Shown here: piece after piece, positions 25,201 through 38,322 of the stretch | Position numbering within the stretch: position 1 is the first letter of the stretch | Layout of the letters: each line of letters starts with the position of its first letter | Notes under the pieces: model-generated | Told to the model about the DNA's origin: nothing | Seen by the model: only the letters and a program-made list of their open reading frames with translations | Databases searched by the model: none | From: Azolla caroliniana | Taxonomy: Eukaryota > Plantae > Polypodiophyta | Assembly: GCA_043228905.1 (NCBI GenBank) | Contig: JBHGNT010000022.1 | Location: 12,400,001-12,464,000, forward strand | Length of the DNA: 64,000 bases | Direction of reading: 5' to 3' | Made by a program: the position numbers and the translations under genes

Positions 25201-26260
25201 GTATAAAAAGTTTGACTCCTTCATGATGAGCCATGGGTATAACAGGACAAACACAGATCACTGTGTGTTTTTCGAGAAGTTCTCAAATAATGACTTTGTT
25301 ATTCTACTTCTATATGTAGATGATATGTTGATAGTTGGTCGAGACACCAACAAGATTGAAAAGCTGAAAAGAGAGCCGAGTCAATCGTTTGCTATGAAAG
25401 ACTTGGGACCAACCAAGCAAATCCTTGGGATGAAGATAACCAGGGATAGAGTGAGCAAAAGGTTGTGGCTATCTCAAGAACAATATATTGAGAATTCCTC
25501 ATAGAGATTTGACATGGCCAAGTGTAAGTCGGTTAACACTCCACTTGCGGGCCACTTTAAACTCAGTTCAACTCAATGCCCCACAAGTGAGGAAGAGCAA
25601 GAGAGAATGAAACAAATACCATATGCATCTGCAATCGGCAATTTAATGTGTGATATGGTATTCACGAGACCAGATATTGCTCATGCAGTTTGTAGTGAGC
25701 CATTTTCTCTCAAACCCTGGCAAAGATCACTGAGAAGCAGTGAAATGGATTCTGAGATATTTGAGAGGTACCACAAGAGTGTGTCTAAAATTTGGTGAAC
25801 AAATTGTATTAGATGGGTATAGAGATGCAAATATGGCTGGTGATATAGACTCAAGAAAATATACATAAGAGTACCTAATGATGTTTGCAGGGGGAGCGGT
25901 CTCTTGGCAATCGAGATTGCACAACATGTGTGGCATTATCCACAACGGAGGCTGAATATATTGCTGCCACAGTAAGGAATTGCTATGGCTGAAGAAATTC
26001 CTACAAAAGTTGGGGCTGATTCAAGAAAGATACATTCTGTATTGTGCTAGCCAAAGTGCTATACATTTAAGCAAGAATTCTTCCTTTCATTCTAAGTCAA
26101 AAACACATAGTTGTTAGATACTTATGGATTAGAGATGTGCTTGACGAAAAACAGATGCACACTGAAAAGATTCACACAAATGAGAATGGCTCCGACATGA
26201 TGACAGAATGTGTGTCACGGGAGAAGCTCGAAGTTTGCAAGCAAAAGGCGAAACCTAGTT
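22275..26260 (+). pseudogene. Ty1/copia gag-pol, with multiple stops and frameshifts
   Basis: gag LLLLGSLP...WETLV, zinc knuckle CRYCGGPNHYERDC, protease IIDSRASYHIT, LWHKRLGHMS, integrase TPQHNGMTERMNRT, RT YKARLVV...QLDVKTAFL...LYVDDML, and RNase H fragments. Confidence 0.92.
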
Positions 26261-26641
26261 GCACCCCCCCCCCCCCCCCCCCCCCACTCGAGAGATGGAG
26301 GGGGAGAATTGTCGGGTCTATCCACTCAAGTGGAGCCCACGACACAGAGTCGGCCTACATCCCACCCGACTGCTGACTGAGTGCTGCTGAAGCAGCTCAG
26401 CTCAGCCTCAGCTAAAAAGTGAAATCATTATAATTATTTTTTCTAACTATATATGTGTGTATTCCTCTAAATATGAGTGTATTCCTCTAAAAGTGTTATA
26501 GCGTTAGAGGCTATCTAACACCTTGTATATATGTACATACATACTCAGAAATGGTAGTGTAAATCATCTCTGTCTCTGTCTCTGTTTTTGGCCATCATCA
26601 TCAGATCCTCTGTCGCCATAGCCATAGCCATAGCCATAGCC

Positions 26642-27654
26642 ATGTTTGCTTCTTCCCCATCTCCTGCATACTCTTCTCCTCCCACCCCTTCGTCGCTCTC
26701 CTCGCCCACCGCCATGGCTCCTCCCATCAGCTCCCCCTCACCCCCCATCTCCTCTGCCTCCCCCCCATCCCTCAAAGCTCGCCTCGCCCTAGGCCAACGC
26801 CTCTACGGTGCGTTCCTTTGCTCCTCTTCCCCCACCATCGCCGAGATCCTGGGCTGGTCTGGCTATGATTATGTCGTCATAGACCTAGAGCATGGCCAGG
26901 GAGACGTCCCCCAATCCCTGCCCTGCCTCCGCGCTCTGTCTTCCACCCGAACCCCCTCCATCATCCGAGTGGCCTGCAATGATCCCGCCCTCATCAAGAA
27001 GACCCTCGACCTCGGCCCCGATGGCATCATGATCCCGATGATCGAATCGGCTTCTCAGGCGGCTATGGCCGTGTCTGCCTGCAGGTACCCCCCTCGTGGC
27101 ATCCGCGGTGCCGCCCACCCCGTCGTCCGCGCCTCCAGGTATGGCCTTGACCCCGACTACCTCTCCCGGTGCGAACAGGACCAGGAGTTTCTAGTGATTC
27201 TTCAGATCGAGACAGAGGCGGCCGTAGGATGCATCTCGGAGATTGCGGCCGTTGATGGAGTCGATTGTCTGATGGTCGGTCCGACCGATTTGAGTGCGAG
27301 CGTAGGGTATCTTCACAATCCTGGACATATGCGCGTGAAGGAATTGCAACACAAGGCCGAGAAAGCCGTGCTATCAGCCGGGGGTGTTTATCTGGCGGGA
27401 TTCGCAATGCGTGATGACCCTCCCGTGGACCTCTTCGGACGGGGTTGCCACATGGTATCAGGTGCCGTCGACATAGGCATGTTTCGGGATGTGGCCCTTG
27501 CTGATGTGAAGGCTAACAAGGTAAGCTCATTGAATTTACATCATTGCTTGCTTTTTGATGCCTCACTGTATGAATTCCGACATGCATACATGCATGTATG
27601 TTATATTGACCACACTCTTTGGAAATATTTGATATTTTGCAGCCAAGGAAATGA
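26642..27654 (+). CDS. HpcH/HpaI (class II pyruvate) aldolase family protein with a Ser/Pro-rich N-terminus. Exon 26642-27520 and a probable short last exon 27643-27654
   Basis: Motifs GYDYVVIDLEHG, KTLDLGPDGIMIPMIES, RYPPRGIRG, ILQIET and VDCLMVGPTDLSASVG. Donor AAG|GTAAGC at 27520/21. The first ATG is at 26642; the ORF track start at 26588 is TTG. Confidence 0.88.
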
Positions 27655-28125
27655 ATCGGGTTTGCATTGCTGGGATGCAATGAAAGTGGATTAAAAAATG
27701 ATTGATGAATGCATCCATGGTATATCCTAAAATTGTGAGTTCAGTCTGATGAATGCAATTTTCTCAATCCTAACAGCTGGTGAATGCTTTCTTGTTATAA
27801 AGTCATGTTTTCTCTATGTATATGCTTCACAACACATAGATAGATATGTTACTAGAGACCTAATGCAAATGCAAATTATTGGACAAGGCCGAGCCCATAT
27901 CAGTTGAGAGCACAGAGAGAGAGGGATGACACAGGAGGATTTATGGATTGTATGCTCCATAATGATGAACATTTCACCCCCAAAAAAAAGAGAACAAAAA
28001 AGTGAAATAAATATTTATTATTCGATTAATAAAACTGAGCTTGTGAAGTTGTGAGCATAGACAAAACTGAAGGTCGAGTACCAACATGGGCCATTTCAAG
28101 ATGGAGAAGGAGAGATAGGTAGATA

Positions 28126-28255
28126 GTTCATTAACATCCATGGAAAACTGAATCTGATATATGGAAGAAGGTTGTGCCCATGGCGAGGATCAAACTTGGG
28201 ATTTCTCAATTTTATGAGTTAGATGCCATGGTGTAAGTCACCAAGACCAACAGCC
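28126..28255 (-). mobile_element. tRNA-derived SINE-like repeat, copy 3
   Basis: The reverse complement GGCTGTTGGTCTTGG...CATAAAATTGAGAAATCCCAAGTTTGATCCTCGCCATGGG resembles the copies at 1027 and 10778. Confidence 0.45.
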
Positions 28256-28825
28256 AAAGAGAGACAGAAAGATGTGTAAACGTCTATGACTGCTGAAAAT
28301 TGGTCTATGAGACAAATCATGATAACGAACTATTGGCAAATTCATGTTGGCTGTCGGCCATAGAGAGAAAGATAAAAATGTATGAACGTCTATGAGTGGT
28401 CAAATTTGGCCTATGAGACTGAATCATGATTACGAACTATTGGTGAATTCTTGTTTGGCTATACGTAAACAAAAGTAAAAGCTCTAGATTTCCTAAAGAT
28501 ACATGATAACGAATTTAATGCATGTGATGGGAATGATTTTGGAGATGGTTTACAGACGTGAAGTGCATAATCAATATGTCTAGGTTGAGTAGTGGTGGAG
28601 AAACATGGTATTATTCCTGGTTGATTGGTGTAGTGGAACAAAACTATGAGAAAGTTTACTGAGTGCATCCATGTGTCCTTGGCTGACTCAGACATGGCAA
28701 ACAACGATCCCTACTATATGAGTTGTGACATGTTTCCATTTCATAAAATCCTCATTCATTGCTATTGCATAAAAAACCTCATTGAATCATGGGATCTATT
28801 GAAGCATCAAGAAACCAGTGTAATG

Positions 28826-28960
28826 CATCATTATCAGTATCTTCAATTAAAACTCAAAACTTTGCTTTTGTATCATTATCTTCTGCTAAAACTCAGTCTT
28901 TTGCTTTTGTATTGTTATCCTCAACTAAAACTCCAAAGTCTTTTGCTTTTGTATGTCTTA
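28826..28960. repeat. Degenerate ~39-bp tandem repeat (AAAACTC...TTTGCTTTTGTAT), about 3 copies
   Basis: Directly visible. Confidence 0.75.
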
Positions 28961-29220
28961 TCTCCAAAGTCAATTTAAGTGGTTTTTCAGAATCTCAAGC
29001 ATGTTCTCAATCCTCTCCTTGCATATGATCTCATTGGGAAGTGATTTGGTCTCAAGTAGACTTGATGATCAACAATGGCAAACGATTTATTTTGAAGTCG
29101 TTGGAGGATGTAAGGAATGTGCATGTTGACTTGAAGCTTCATTAGGGAGATAGATGAATATAGATTATCTATGCTCATGGGAATCCAAATACAATCATGG
29201 CACAAGTTTGAGTTTGTCGG

Positions 29221-29532
29221 TAGGGTTCAGCAATGGTTTGGTTTAAGCTTAGCTGGTAAACCAAACCAGTTTGGGGGTTTCCAAACCTGACCCGCGAACT
29301 GTGTTTTTAAACCAGTTTAGGTTAAGCGGTTAAGCCTAAACCGGTTTAGCCAAACCGATTAAGCCTTAACCAGCTTGGTAACCAGTTTAAGCTTAACTGG
29401 TTTGAGCAATCCCAAACCGAGCTCAAACTGGTTATGGAAGCTCAAGCCTAAACCGAACCGCCAAACTGCCAAATCAATTTAAGCAGTCTGGAGGTTCGGT
29501 TTAGGCTTGAGCTGAGCCGTTCCCGATTCCTA
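29221..29532. mobile_element. Non-autonomous hAT element/MITE (312 bp)
   Basis: Exact 8-bp TSD TTTGTCGG (29213-29220 and 29533-29540), degenerate TIRs starting TAGG, and internal AAACCG/CGGTTT motifs. Confidence 0.85.
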
Positions 29533-32500
29533 TTTGTCGGGAGGATTGAACTTTGAGTTCTCTCAATTTTAGAAGTTGAGAGAGGGAGAAGAGTTCTTTA
29601 TTGAGTGTGACAAGAAGAAAGAAAAATTGATTTGGTAGTTCTTTCTATTGAGCTTGTTGGGCATCTTTTCTCTAAAGGAGTAGGCTTTATGTCAATTAGT
29701 CACGTGGCAACTTAGAGAGTTTACCTTGCCATTAGAGAGAGATAAGCCTTTAGTTAAACCCTTATAGAGGTCTAATAGGGTAATGAGAAAAGTAGTGCCA
29801 CTCAAGGCCAATGCATCATCTACGATGTCATTAGACATTCCTACATATAACTGAATCTTTATCCACAAATAGATTTAGAACAATAGATGGAGCACACTTA
29901 ATCACAGGAAGTAGGAAATTGAGAGGTTTTCATAACATTTTGTGAAAGTATTTTGGTTAATAAGAGTTATATGCAAGTTAAGTAAAAGGATTAACACTTG
30001 ATATTAGTGTGCAAGGACCATTCGTGATTTGATAAAGCCATTTGGGAATGATTTCAATTGAAAAGTTCAAGGCATGTTTGTACCCTTTTGGTGGATTTTG
30101 GTGATATTAAACTTATCTTCAAACCAATATATTTAATATGGGTTTTCGTATGATTGACACAACAAACTTGTAATTCAAGGGATGGATTCATGTTTGCTAA
30201 GTTGTTGTTGTAGCATTCCATAGACTTTATATTGGACCAATGACCATTTCCCTCCTACATGAACATCTTTGCCATTCCTTTGAAGGGATTGAGCGGATTG
30301 AAATGATCAACCAATGGATACATTTCATTGACGTCACAGATAGATGGAACCATTCAGCGAGCAATCAAGCATGCACTTGACTGAGTTGTTGATCACATTA
30401 TTGAACGAGTGATCGAGCATGGCTTCGTGTGATTGAGTGAGTCATTGATCATACAGTTGCATCACATGAACCATGTGTTCTTTTGCTCGTTGGTAGATCT
30501 TCTACCTCTATCTCAACGATCATTATCATTTGCAGGGTTAAAGAGTATGGCATTGAGAACCATATTTTAGTATTATGGATTGAGCTAATGATGAGCAAAA
30601 GATAAGATATTAATGAGAAGAATAGGTTTAAGGGTGTTTACTCACATTAACCACTCTCAAATGTAGGAGGGAGCTTATCCCTACTAGTAGAGTCTCGACA
30701 ATGCCTCAAAATGTTGTAATGAAGGGGATAGATAGTTCCTTTTTTATAGTTCAACACCTAGGCCTTTAGAAAACCATGTGTTTCGACATGTCATACGCCT
30801 TGGATTCATTCGAGTTCCTAGGATAATTCTGTCTCGACTATTCTACCCTTCTTTAAGGTTATGCCTATAATATGTAGTTTAGTGAACGTAGAAGGTGCAT
30901 CTCTTGTAATGATGGTGCTTTTGAGCTAGTTGAATTGTTGTAATAAGTCATTCACGTAAATATGATCCTAGTCGACATATTTTTAGAAGTGTGTCTAAGC
31001 ATGTGATCTTGCAAACACAATGCTAGACAATACGTACATCACGTTGTAATGTGAAAGGTGTAAGATCCATGCACGTTTGGTGGAACCTTTGGGGTTTTCA
31101 ACTAGGAAACAAATGACATGTACAAATTTTGAGAAGAAGAATTTGGATAAAAGAAAAAGACACTAAAGATTAGGATGGGGAAAGTAGCACATGATAAAGA
31201 GAGTTTTGAACCACAAATTTATGGACTAAAGAATCAAGATAACCAAAGAAGATGTTGCTAATTAAAAAAATAAGAGCTTATAATAGGGTTTACGCTCCAC
31301 CCTTCATTAAAAAGAGGTGGCCTCAACGGAGTGAAGGCTAAACATGCATTGCTACTTGGTACACATGTTTTAACCAACCCATGTAGTAAGGCATAGCATG
31401 TGTTGCCATGTTTTTATTTAACAACCCATATGATTTAACTTACCCTTTGTTATTCCTAATTCATCTCTATCTAAATTCGTTTTGACAAAACTATTCAACA
31501 AATAGTTATCTATAGTAGATAAGCACAAGTTTTGATACTTTGACTTTAAGTTTGCAAATATAAAATGTTTATTTAAACTCACAATATTGTTTTTGTATAT
31601 ATAAAATATAGAAATGTGTGATTGAGAGATGGTTCATATCGTTTGCATTGGCAACATGACAACATGTCCAACCTCTTGTTGCCATCCAATATAGTTGATG
31701 TGTGCGTCACGACATTTTCTCCTAATCATTGTTGATGCAATCCCTATATCCTTGTCCTACAAAGAACTGGATGTTAACCATTTCTGTACACTTGGACATC
31801 GGTTAAAAACGAATGAACAAGTGTAATGCTAATGAAAGGAAAGCGACAAAGGAATAGAGAGATTGGTGTCCCAATGTGAAAAGGCTCAAGGGCATTATAA
31901 AAGCTATAAACAACCCTTTTCTAAGTTTCTTCGTATCATTGATTAAACTTGAGTTGGTGCATAAGCCTCTTTTAATATCTTTATCTTTGATTATTTATAA
32001 CCTTAATTATTAGCTTAATCTTACCTTAAGACCCAAAACTTATGTCTTAATCTGAAGTGTTTGGGTCAATAGGTTGTAACTCTTAAAGAGTATTCCTATT
32101 CCTCAATTGAGAGCTTGTATTATTGTTGTTATATTTCCTTATTTATTTTTATCATGTTGTTAAATAGTCTAACATTATATCGTTAAGTGGTTTAACTTTA
32201 ATATTGAAGTGATTAAGCATGTTACATTAAGTCTTACCTTACTAATCCATACCAACCCCCCCCCTCCCCCCATTCCTTGACATAATACCTCATCCAAACA
32301 CCCCCACACACTCATATATAAAAACATATAAATAAACAAATACATCCATAAGCAACTAAATAAATATGTAGAGGTCTAAATAATAAATAACATGATAGAT
32401 AAATACATAAGTACATACATACATAATTGAAAATAACAATCATACATAGAAAATAAAATAAAGTAATTAACTAATATAAACAAAAGAGGCAAAAAAGAAG

Positions 32501-33899
32501 AAAACAAAAGCAAGAAGAAGAAGAGCAACTAGGGAAGGGGCTCCCAACCACACACAAGTGATTCAATGAACAATAAAGCCAACTTACCCTACTTGGTCGA
32601 TGCATTAATGATGATCATTGATAACAATACAAAAGTCACATTGATGACGATCATGATGATTTCAACCCTAAGGAGTTCCCAATGTATCTCCTAATAACGA
32701 GAGTAACCTTACTAATGTTGATGCTAGCACACTAATGGAACTCACACTAACACCCTAACCCTTCTAACCTTCTTCACCCTCTCCATGTCCCCTCTTTTTA
32801 CCCACTTCCACATCCCTCAATCACAACACCCGCTACCCACTCTTGCACATCTCACAAATGTTTCGTCATCTATACTCTATAATAATTAACACTCTTTGTA
32901 AGCGATGTTTCAAGATGAAACGTCCTCTCATCATCACTGAATGCTTTATGGATTGCTTGAATATTGGTCATTTTGTCGACCTCTCAATCCTAGCTCCATT
33001 ACATGCTCCAAGAATATATGACATGAATGGGACCATATTAGGAAACTCTCGATTGGCTTTGTCATCATTCTTCTACCTCACCTGAACCACAACACAGGCG
33101 GCTACTTTTTTGTGAGGACAAAACCAAGTACTAATTGTTTCATCCCTAACTTTTGCCACCCACACTTGCCATTTGCACTCACTCGACCTTCTTTCCTCTT
33201 CCTCAACCTTGCTTGGTTTGACATCCACAACATAGGGTATAAAGGCAGTATCTATAAACCTTTACAATACAATCACAAGCATGAAAGAATTATAATTGTG
33301 ATGTAGTTAAATAAGGAAGAATTGTAACCATTTGTAAGGACTCTTTCTCATTGTACTCCCTAGAGCTCAAATATAAGCTTCTCTCTTTCTCTAATCATTT
33401 CCTAAATCTTGAGTTGTAAGCTTAATCAATGTAATGATATTACACTAATCATTAAGCTAGGAAGTAATGGAAGATTAGCAATGTTGATGATTTATTGTGT
33501 TGCTCCAACAAATGCTCAACTTATGGTATAGTCTCACGTAAATTAAGTATCTAATTAATCTCTTGTAAGTGATTAAGCCATGGAGTAGAAATAGAGTTTG
33601 CTTTAGTAGTTAGCCTACATGATAGCAATGCAAGAGTGATTGACACTTACTCTTGGCTTTCCCACCACCAAAAAGGTAGATGGTGATATGTTCTCACACA
33701 TTGACCTCAAGGTTGTTCTCAAGAAGAACATTGAGAGACACTATATATAATGGATACCAATTAGAGGGACAAGAACAAGATTATAAAATGAGAATAAGAA
33801 GCTATAATTAGATAACACTCATATTATAATTTGTAATTGGTGTTAATCTCCATGATTTCAACAAGGGAGATCAACCTTTTATGTAAGTGTAGTGGAGCA

Positions 33900-35700
33900 T
33901 ATTAATTCTTGCATGCTTGCCAAATCTTTACATACTTCGTCTCTCTTTTACCTGAATTCCTACATACCAAGTCTCAACGCTAGTCTCCCCATATACTCAA
34001 CTCGTCAACATCAACATACAAAGTCTAATATGTAGGATTTAAGCATACATATGCATGGCTATGATATTATCCCCCTCCTTTTATCATTGACTTCTAGGCA
34101 AGTCAAGTTTGTGTGGATAGCGAAGATGAAAATCATGAACTCCTCTACAACATTGATCAAGTGATCAAGGGGTTCTCACGTGGCTTTTGGGAGTGGGTAA
34201 CCTTTCCATAAGACAATGTAATGTAATTTCCATCATATTATATTTGAGTCGATAATCTTTGCCACTTACTCATCCCCGGTCTTGAGTTCCATGGGAGGCA
34301 ATGTTGAGGATAAACTTCCTAGAATCATGGGGGGGTGGTAGGTTTCTAGGAGTGAGGTATGGAAGACACCATGGGTTTTTGTAATGTGATGGGAGCTCAT
34401 GTTGAAATGCCATTGACTTTATTTGTTCTATAATGCGGAATGACTCAATTTTTTGTAATCGAGTTTAGAGTAAGGTCATGTCGTAGGTGATGCGTTCTCG
34501 TAGTAGCCAAACCATGTCACCAACTTAAAAACTAGATTTAATTGCTCGTTGTTTGTAAGCCAAATGAAGAGTGGGGATGGAACCCATAGTTGGGAAAGAA
34601 GGGTGTGTTACCAACCAAGGAATGAAGAGTATCATTGTAGACTATCTTGGATAATGTGACAAATTTTGCCCAAAGATCTCATTGATAACTCATCATGCAT
34701 CAAAGGTACTGTTCTAGGACCTGATTTACCCATTTGGTTTACTTGGTTGTTTCAGGGTGAATTGTCAACGACAATTTTTCAGAAGTTCCAAGGATTTGGA
34801 AAGCTATTTCCAAAAATGTGAAATAAATTGAGGACTACAATATGAGATCATGTCATATGACAAGTCATGGAGACACATCACATTTGTTTAGTTGTTTTCC
34901 TAACGTGGCTCGTTTTCAACTTTAGTCAAGGGTCTTCAACGACATACGATATCAATCTCTATTGGAATAGGATGTCACAATATCTCAATATCAAGATTTG
35001 AACCTATAACCTTCAAACAAGAGCATTATATTTTAAACATTATATCACCCACTCTAGAGTTATATAGCACTGTCCACAATGAATAATCACCAAATGGCAT
35101 GCATACATGTATGCCAAGTGACGGTCATACGTGATCGCATGTATGCTATATAAGTGGAAGATCTGCTTAGTGTTGAACCATTGTGGTTCAATACCAATCT
35201 TCAACACCCTTGTCATCTTGGTCTCCCAACAATGCAAATTCTTGTTTTCTTGTTACCTTCATTTCTTTGAAATCAACATTGTCCTCGAAGCTTCAATTGT
35301 GACATATGGTCATCTATTGGATTAGGGATAGGGGCATGCATAGTTTTAGATGATGTTGATGTTGCCACTGATTTAGATGTTTGCTCCATTGCTTACAATA
35401 AGAACATTGCCCAAATAGATGGTTGTCATATCGTATGGCTTGACTAATCATTTTGGTAAGAGATTTAAGATTTTCATGAAATGTGAGAAGCAGATTCATC
35501 ACATCACTATGAGCCTTTGTCAACATTGATCCATTAATGTCTCTTCATCTCAAGGGATGTCAAATGTACAAAGGTGAAAATTATCTACATATGATGAGGT
35601 TGGAGAATCTCCTTGAAATAACTTTTGAATCTTATTGATACAAGTTCTCACACTATTTGTATTGCCAAAACAAGTTTGAAATTCTTTAATGAACTAATTA
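33900..35700 (-). mobile_element. Highly decayed chromovirus (Ty3/gypsy) integrase-chromodomain relic
   Basis: The minus strand gives MISYCSPQFISHFWK (integrase core, about 34810-34850) and VAKIIDS...LHYIVLWKGYPLPKAT*EPLDHL (chromodomain, about 34150-34265), followed by a purine tract AAGGAGGGGGAT near 34070. Boundaries are approximate. Confidence 0.7.
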
Positions 35701-35819
35701 AAAACACTTAATCTAGCAAACATTTTCTCAAGTAATGTTGTAAACCAAGGTAGTGTTGTGCTAGTATATCACACCACAATAAACCCTACTCATGTCACAT
35801 TAACCGGATATCATGTGGG

Positions 35820-36475
35820 CATAGATTGACACATGCGTGATATTCGTGATATTCTCCATGCGCAATATTCTCAATTTCGAGAATATGAAATGGCCCTAAG
35901 AATATTAAAAAACCATTCGTTTTGCAAAATAGATATAAAATATTTATTTATTTATTTAAATAAATTTATTTTACCAAAAAAAGAACAATTATTCATTAAT
36001 AGATTATAGTGTCAAGAGAGTTTATGAAACTTATTTTAATTAATCAATCAATTAATTAATTTTTAAAAAACGAATATTTTTATATTTACTATACAAATAT
36101 GATTAGTATAAACTTTGAATATATGATTAGTTTGAAGTACTATTTTTAATGTCAAAATAAAAATATCCATAAATTTTGAGGGAATAAAAAGTGAGAAATT
36201 AATGAGCCTTTATTTTATTTTATTTATTTATTAAAGTTAAAACGAATACTTATAATTTATAGGTTATACATTTATTATAAAAATTTAGTAGTGACAAATC
36301 CCCAAGTCCCTCTTTTATTATCCCTATTTATTGTCAAGTTTCTTTTTTTTATCCTAGGAAATTTTAAAAAAACAAAGTTTTTTTTTTTTTGAGTTAAACG
36401 AATAACTTGACCACCCATTCGTATTCGTATGCATTCGAATGGGAAACCCGACGAATGCGAATATGTCAATCTATG
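35820..36475. mobile_element. Non-autonomous hAT element (656 bp)
   Basis: TIR CATAGATTGACA...TGTCAATCTATG with an exact 8-bp TSD CATGTGGG (35812-35819 and 36476-36483). Confidence 0.9.
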
Positions 36476-36667
36476 CATGTGGGATACATTTGTAATACTA
36501 TGTTTAGATATCCTTGAAATTATGACAGAGTACCATCAAATTTTGCTGGGAGACTTATCTTGGGTTCATTTGGAAAACTTTGTGATCCCAAAGCTTGTTG
36601 TTGCAAAGTTATTAGTGCCACTACAAGTTCGTGAACTTTCTTGGTTAAGTTTTTGACCTTTCTTAGC

Positions 36668-37260
36668 ATTTATTGATTCTAAATATTTGAGAAGCATTTA
36701 ATTCTCTTGTTTCAGGCCAATGAGTTTGGTTGTTAAGCATTTTACATAAGCCAAAATGCCCATATATTATTATTCACTTATCGATGTAATGGTTCTGAGA
36801 AGATACTTAGATAGGGAGAGACGTTTTTCGAAAAAAAGACTGAAGAAGGATTTATTCAGATTCAAATTTGAAGGTGGTAATCAATAAAACGATTGAATCA
36901 AAGAATAAAATAAAAAGAGAAAAATGAACAAGTTGTCACAAAGTTATTGGTGCCGCTTTAAGTTGGTGAACCCTCTTAGTTAAATTATCATGTTTTAAAC
37001 ATTTTTTAAACATTTACTTATTCTAAATCATTGAGAAGCATTTAATTCTCTTGTTTTAGGGCCATGAGTTTGGCGTTCTACATAAGCCAAAATATCCATA
37101 TATTATTGTTCACTTATCGATGTCATGGTTATGAGAAGATAAGGAAATATGTTTTTCGAAACAAATAACGAAGAAGGATTTATACGAATTCAAATTTTAA
37201 GGTCGTAATTGAGAATAAGATTGACTCAATGAATAAAATAAGAAGAGAAAAATGAACGAG
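36668..37260. repeat. Diverged direct duplication of about 260 bp (about 36668-36932 and 37011-37260)
   Basis: Shared blocks GAGAAGCATTTAATTCTCTTG...CACTTATCGATGT...GAAGAAGGATTTAT...GAGAAAAATGAAC. Confidence 0.85.
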
Positions 37261-37817
37261 AAATAAAATGAGACTAACAAATGTATTAACAATGACAAAA
37301 AATATAATTGTGATTTAACAATATCACCACCTGGCATTCATGCAAGCATATGCTATTGGGCGATCATGTATTAGCTCGTGGAGGTGGTTACATTTCATAG
37401 TGATATGTATGTACTTTAAGTGATATACAATAACTCACATATTATGCACGGCATAATGTATCTTAATAGATACGGAATCTAAAGGAATCATGACAAATAA
37501 CAAAAGTGGCCAAGCAAGGTTGCTATATAAGGTAGGAGAGAAAGGGCGCAAGGGAGAACAATGACATTTTCATTGTCAAAAATCTAAGAAATGAACTTAA
37601 AGAGAGAAGCAATAACAATCACGTTAGCCTCGATTAGAATCCTAAGTTGAAATTCGACAACATGTCTTGATTTTTTAAAGGGAATTCTTATTCGATTCCT
37701 TGAGGGTCAGAAAATGCGGTATATTGTTTTAGAACATTATTAATAGTGTAAAGACATAGATTAATTAACTTGCAGTCGTATTTAATTAGCTATGGTTGTG
37801 CTATGGAATGCCACAAC

Positions 37818-38066
37818 CATAGTATGAACCATACGTACCATATGTGCATTCGCATTCGCGAGTGGTTCAATCATTCGTGAAAGAAAAACACCCTAAAAGA
37901 ATGATAAATACCATACTTTTGGATTAATTATTTATTATGAGGTAGATAAGCCTAAAAATGAAAAAAAAACATAAAAAAAAGGGGAAAAAACAAAAAAAAA
38001 CACAAGAATGAATAACATCCGCATTCGTTTTCCAACGCTAGACAAACACGAATTTTACGTACTATG
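37818..38066. mobile_element. hAT MITE (249 bp) upstream of the HSP101 promoter
   Basis: TIR CATAGTA...TACTATG with an exact 8-bp TSD GCCACAAC (37810-37817 and 38067-38074). Confidence 0.85.
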
Positions 38067-38322
38067 GCCACAACAATGGCATGGAGAAAGAGAAGAAAAC
38101 GCCTTTGGAAATGCAAACAACCCACCGAGTTCTTCCTTTCTGGAAAGTTATAAGCATAGAAATCATACTCTATAGATAGTTGAAATCTCCCGAGAAATTA
38201 TGTAAATGAAATATTGAATTGTTATATTTCTCTCATAAATTGTAATTAAGGAAACAATTATATTAATTTCATAGTTATTATTATGTTTTAATTTCACTGT
38301 AGCCATAGCCATGCATATGTTG

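Larger units (their letters stand above)
13462..26455 (+). mobile_element. Decayed Ty1/copia LTR retrotransposon (Tnt1/Tork-like). The 5' LTR (13462-22227) is interrupted by nested insertions; the 3' LTR is a remnant (26310 to about 26455)
   Basis: TGTTGGGTCTATCCACTCAAGTGGAGCCCACGAC at 13462 matches TGTCGGGTCTATCCACTCAAGTGGAGCCCACGAC at 26310, which follows the PPT GGAGGGGGAGAAT. The LTR end ...CCTAACA at 22227 is followed by a degenerate iMet PBS, TTGTATCCGAGCC. Confidence 0.85.

Noticed and set aside
26264-26285. Poly-C run giving a polyproline stretch
   Set aside because: It is a homopolymer expansion at the end of a dead copia pol, and its length is unreliable.
26588-27694. Aldolase as a single 368-aa ORF
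   Set aside because: The start is TTG followed by a (GCCATA)n repeat, and the tail after 27520 reads through a canonical donor into intron-like sequence.
28646-29028. Leu/Ser-rich ORFs of 110 and 79 aa
   Set aside because: They derive from a short degenerate tandem repeat and have no recognisable domain.
29600-33800. Further LTR/gag relics (e.g. PBS-like GATACCA near 33753)
   Set aside because: Probably old retroelement debris, but boundaries and family cannot be supported by eye.
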